A stretch of 62,977 nucleotides of DNA, counting the filler, from Choristocarpus tenellus KU-1152 (taxonomy: Eukaryota; Protista; Phaeophyceae): assembly GCA_964200185.2 (NCBI GenBank). It is 11 parts of 11 records of this genome, joined end to end, with 100 filler letters (N's around TTAATTAATTAA, not from the genome) between each part and the next. Parts side by side here need not be neighbours in the genome. Positions count along the whole stretch, not along the records: positions 60,061 to 62,977 come from CAXNAD020023673.1; 10 more parts are not named here. One strand, given 5' to 3'. A model generated the notes under the pieces. The model did no database searches. It saw only the letters and a list, made by a program, of their open reading frames with translations, and had not been told where the DNA came from. Shown in pieces: positions 60,061 to 62,977 of the stretch (position 1 is its first letter; each line of letters begins with the position of its first letter). The translations under genes and the position numbers were made by a program.

Positions 60061-62930
60061 CCCTTCCCCAGCCTCCCCCTCTTTTTCTACAGGGCTGCCT
60101 AGCCCTGACTTGGCTACACCCTCTGTGGGTCCTTCTGCGATGGCAAGGAATGCTTGTTTGGCAACTTTCTTAACACTCACCACCTACAGTTGGGGTGTGG
60201 GGTGTGTGTGTGGGGTGTGTGTATGTGGGGAAGCAGAAGTAGCATTGTGGCTATGTTTGGCAATGAAACTGACCTTATACCGATCATACCCCTACGCCAG
60301 TCCAAGTCTGAACAAAATCCTCCCATCTATGTAGGAAATAGTGAGTATTCATACTGCTATTTTTTATTCAATATCAACCGACCAATAAGACACGCACTCC
60401 AAATCAACCTCCAAGACTTCAAAAAAGAGACGGCATATCACAACCATTTCGTACCACAACAAAGGAACCTTCACAAAAAAACCCCTTTCTGGTACAAGTA
60501 CACACCTCCACCACCGCACACTCAAACCAATACAGAGACAAAAACATAATTCCCACAGACACATAGACAAACACCTTCTGGAAACCACCGTCTTTATATA
60601 CTAGCTCATCCCCCTCTCCCTCTTCCTCCTGGCGAAGGTGACCGGCCACCCCTTCATCCCTTATCCGCTTGCGTTCCTCCTTCAAACGAGAACTGGCTAG
60701 TTCTTCTGCAGACATACGACATAGCTTTCGCATTGTAGTCTCTCCCGTTAGGATGTCCTGAGATCGTTCAAAAAATATGTCAGTGTGGGGGAGGGGGGAA
60801 CATGGGGGGTGGGGGGGTGAGGTTGGCTGAGTATGGTGAGACAAATCACAGCAGGGAAAACAAGGCATTCATCCACCAATTTCTAAGACAGGTGTACTCT
60901 GTTGTCTTACTCACCCCCCCCCCCCCCCCCTCCCCTTAAAAAAAAGAAGGTGTGTGTTGAGTCTGTTTTTTCATGAAAAGATAATTGGGTACTGTTTTAC
61001 AGTACAAACTCGAAAATTCAAAATGTATGATCAGAAGAGAAGTTCACGACGCTCTAGCCCTACAAAAACTTCAACAAGTCTAAGCTACAATCCCTGATGC
61101 ATAGTGATGCACCATCACTTCACCACCACCACCGGTTAATCCAAAATACATGTTTCCAACAACAAAACAAGGACATTCCTGCAATCAAAATCCTAATCTC
61201 AACCAAAGTGAAACCACTCAAGTACAAACCAAGTTCCATCACCCTACCTTCAGCTCCCTTCCCAATCGTTTAAAAACAGGTACTAAGAAAAAACAAACTG
61301 CTAAAGAAGTACAACAGAACACATCAACCCCCACCCCCTGCCATCTACCCACCACCACTCTTGATAGACACTGCATCAGGACCTTGTCTGAGAGCGTGTA
61401 TGCAATTCAGCAAGTGTGTGCAAGCACAATAAACCAAAATCATACAGCTACCACCACCTTGAAGAGTTCCGGGTTCTTGGCCAGGCGTACATTAAACCTC
61501 AGTGATTGCGCCCTCTCCTTGTAAAGACTCCGATCCGACCCTGCCAGCCCCTGCAGCTCATACTCCAAGTCCCATGCCAGAATAGCACATCCTGTAGGAT
61601 CTGGTGGAAGTCCAAGCTCAGCAATACCCTCCTCAAACAGAGACCCAAACCGATCCCGAACCTTGAACCGGAAGCGCTGCGCCGCAGTTGCGCCCGGTCC
61701 CACCCCACGCACCGCCTCTAGACCCTTTAGGAAGACTTCTTCTGCAGCCGCCAAATCCTTAGCTGATGCTGAGGGAATTTTGTACCCTGCTGTGTTCACC
61801 CCATTTCCCCCTGGCAATGAAGAGGTCTCCGTTGCCTCCACTACATGTCTTGATGCCCCAGTTAACACCACCTTTCCTTCAACAGCCCCAGCTCCCGTCA
61901 TGCCTTCAGTCTTACCACTGCCACCGCTTCCACTGCCCAACCCAACACCATCTTTGGCAGTCTCAGACACTTCAGAAGAAGCAGCAGCTTCTCCTTTGAT
62001 TGCTATCTTGGCCTCTCTAACGTCCTTTTGTGTTGCATCAATTGCCTCAAGCCCCTTTGTCGTCACAACAGCTGGAATCTTTGATTCACCCCTTGATACT
62101 GCTTCGATCAACGCTGGCAACATCGCCTTAGCCCTAACCTTAGTTGGAGCACTTTTGGCCCCCACTCCACCTCCAGGAATTTTTGCCACAGAAGGAATCA
62201 AAGACGCCTCCCTGTGTGCTACCAGAGCCCTTACCGCTTGCTTTCGGGAGGCCACAGCGCAGTCTTCCGAGCAGAATGGATCGCTCTTCACCACTACCTT
62301 CTCACACTCCTCTGCTAAGCAACGGATCTTCTTCACACCTCCTATCCCAACACCACCTCCCCCTCCCCCAGCACCAGCAATGCCTACTCCAATGTTAGAA
62401 GACCCAGACCTCTGGAGGGTCGAGGGTGTCAAAGACTTTGCCACTGTCACTGCAGTGGCAGCACTAGCAAGTGTGGGGGGGGGGAAAATATAATCAGCTG
62501 AAGTCTCATCAGACTCTCCTGCTGCATCTCGAGCGTAATTCCTTTGTTTGCCTCTTGTCCTGCTTAGTACCACTGCTCCCCCTGTACTCCCTGTCCCTAC
62601 TAGTCCTGTGGGTGTGGACACCCCAGTCTCTCTCCCTGCCACCATCATCCTCCCTTGACCAACACCACCTTCCAATGCTCCAGCACCCACCTGTTGTTGT
62701 TCCAATAACCTCACCTCTTGGTCCTGAGTGTACCACTCCATAAAACCTCTTGGCACAGTCCACCTCGCCGACGTATTGTCAGAGTGATCTGGGTCAACCC
62801 AATGGCGCTTATCTACTCGACACTTGATCCCCCCCAACTTCCCCCTCTTACAGGTTGCACAAGGCTTCAGGTTGAAAGGTGATGATCTAGGTGGGGCCTT
62901 CATCCTCCCTCCCCCCCCCCCCCCCCCCAC
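60061..62930 (-). CDS. TFIIS central-domain protein, DIDO1/PHF3/Bye1-like, partial
   Basis: Exons >62930-61458, 60757-60575, 60183-<60061; TFIIS_M motif LEYEL...YKERAQSLRFNVRLAKNPELFK|DILTGETTMRKLCRMSAEELAS; upstream CLAEEC...FCSEDC resembles the DIDO1 Cys motif. Confidence 0.85.
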
Positions 62931-62977
62931 CCGCCCCCCCCCCCCCCCCCCCCCCCCCCGCCACCACCCCCCCCACC

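Noticed and set aside
61663-62493. 276-aa plus-strand ORF
   Set aside because: Antisense shadow of the TFIIS-M gene exon.

Overview
Intron-rich, repeat-dense eukaryotic DNA, most likely a brown alga or close stramenopile relative (inferred from a brown-algal-type VWD/root-cap-like gene, TTAGGG repeats and a spliced bactofilin). It is not one continuous locus: 11 contigs are joined by ten artificial 100-bp N44-TTAATTAATTAA-N44 linkers, so adjacency across linkers is not evidence of linkage. Manual exon chaining (GT/GC-AG, phase-consistent) gives partial genes for: an ankyrin-repeat protein, a VWD/root-cap-like protein with an apparent frameshift, a spliced eukaryotic bactofilin, a kinesin-14 N-terminal region, a non-RD Ser/Thr kinase, an RPC4-like fragment, a DIDO1/PHF3/Bye1-like TFIIS-central-domain protein and two orphans. 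The repeats include a ~255-bp MITE in 17 copies, some nested in one another, two sister MITE families with the same GAGYCAAA-type termini and 3-4 bp TSDs, four Penelope-like relics, copia, LINE and hAT relics, and many interstitial (TTAGGG)n tracts. The most notable items are the multi-exon bactofilin with an apparent extra beta-helix winding, the self-nesting MITE system, and telomeric repeats inserted into a MITE and placed next to splice sites. All family assignments come from motif recognition by eye; no database search was run.
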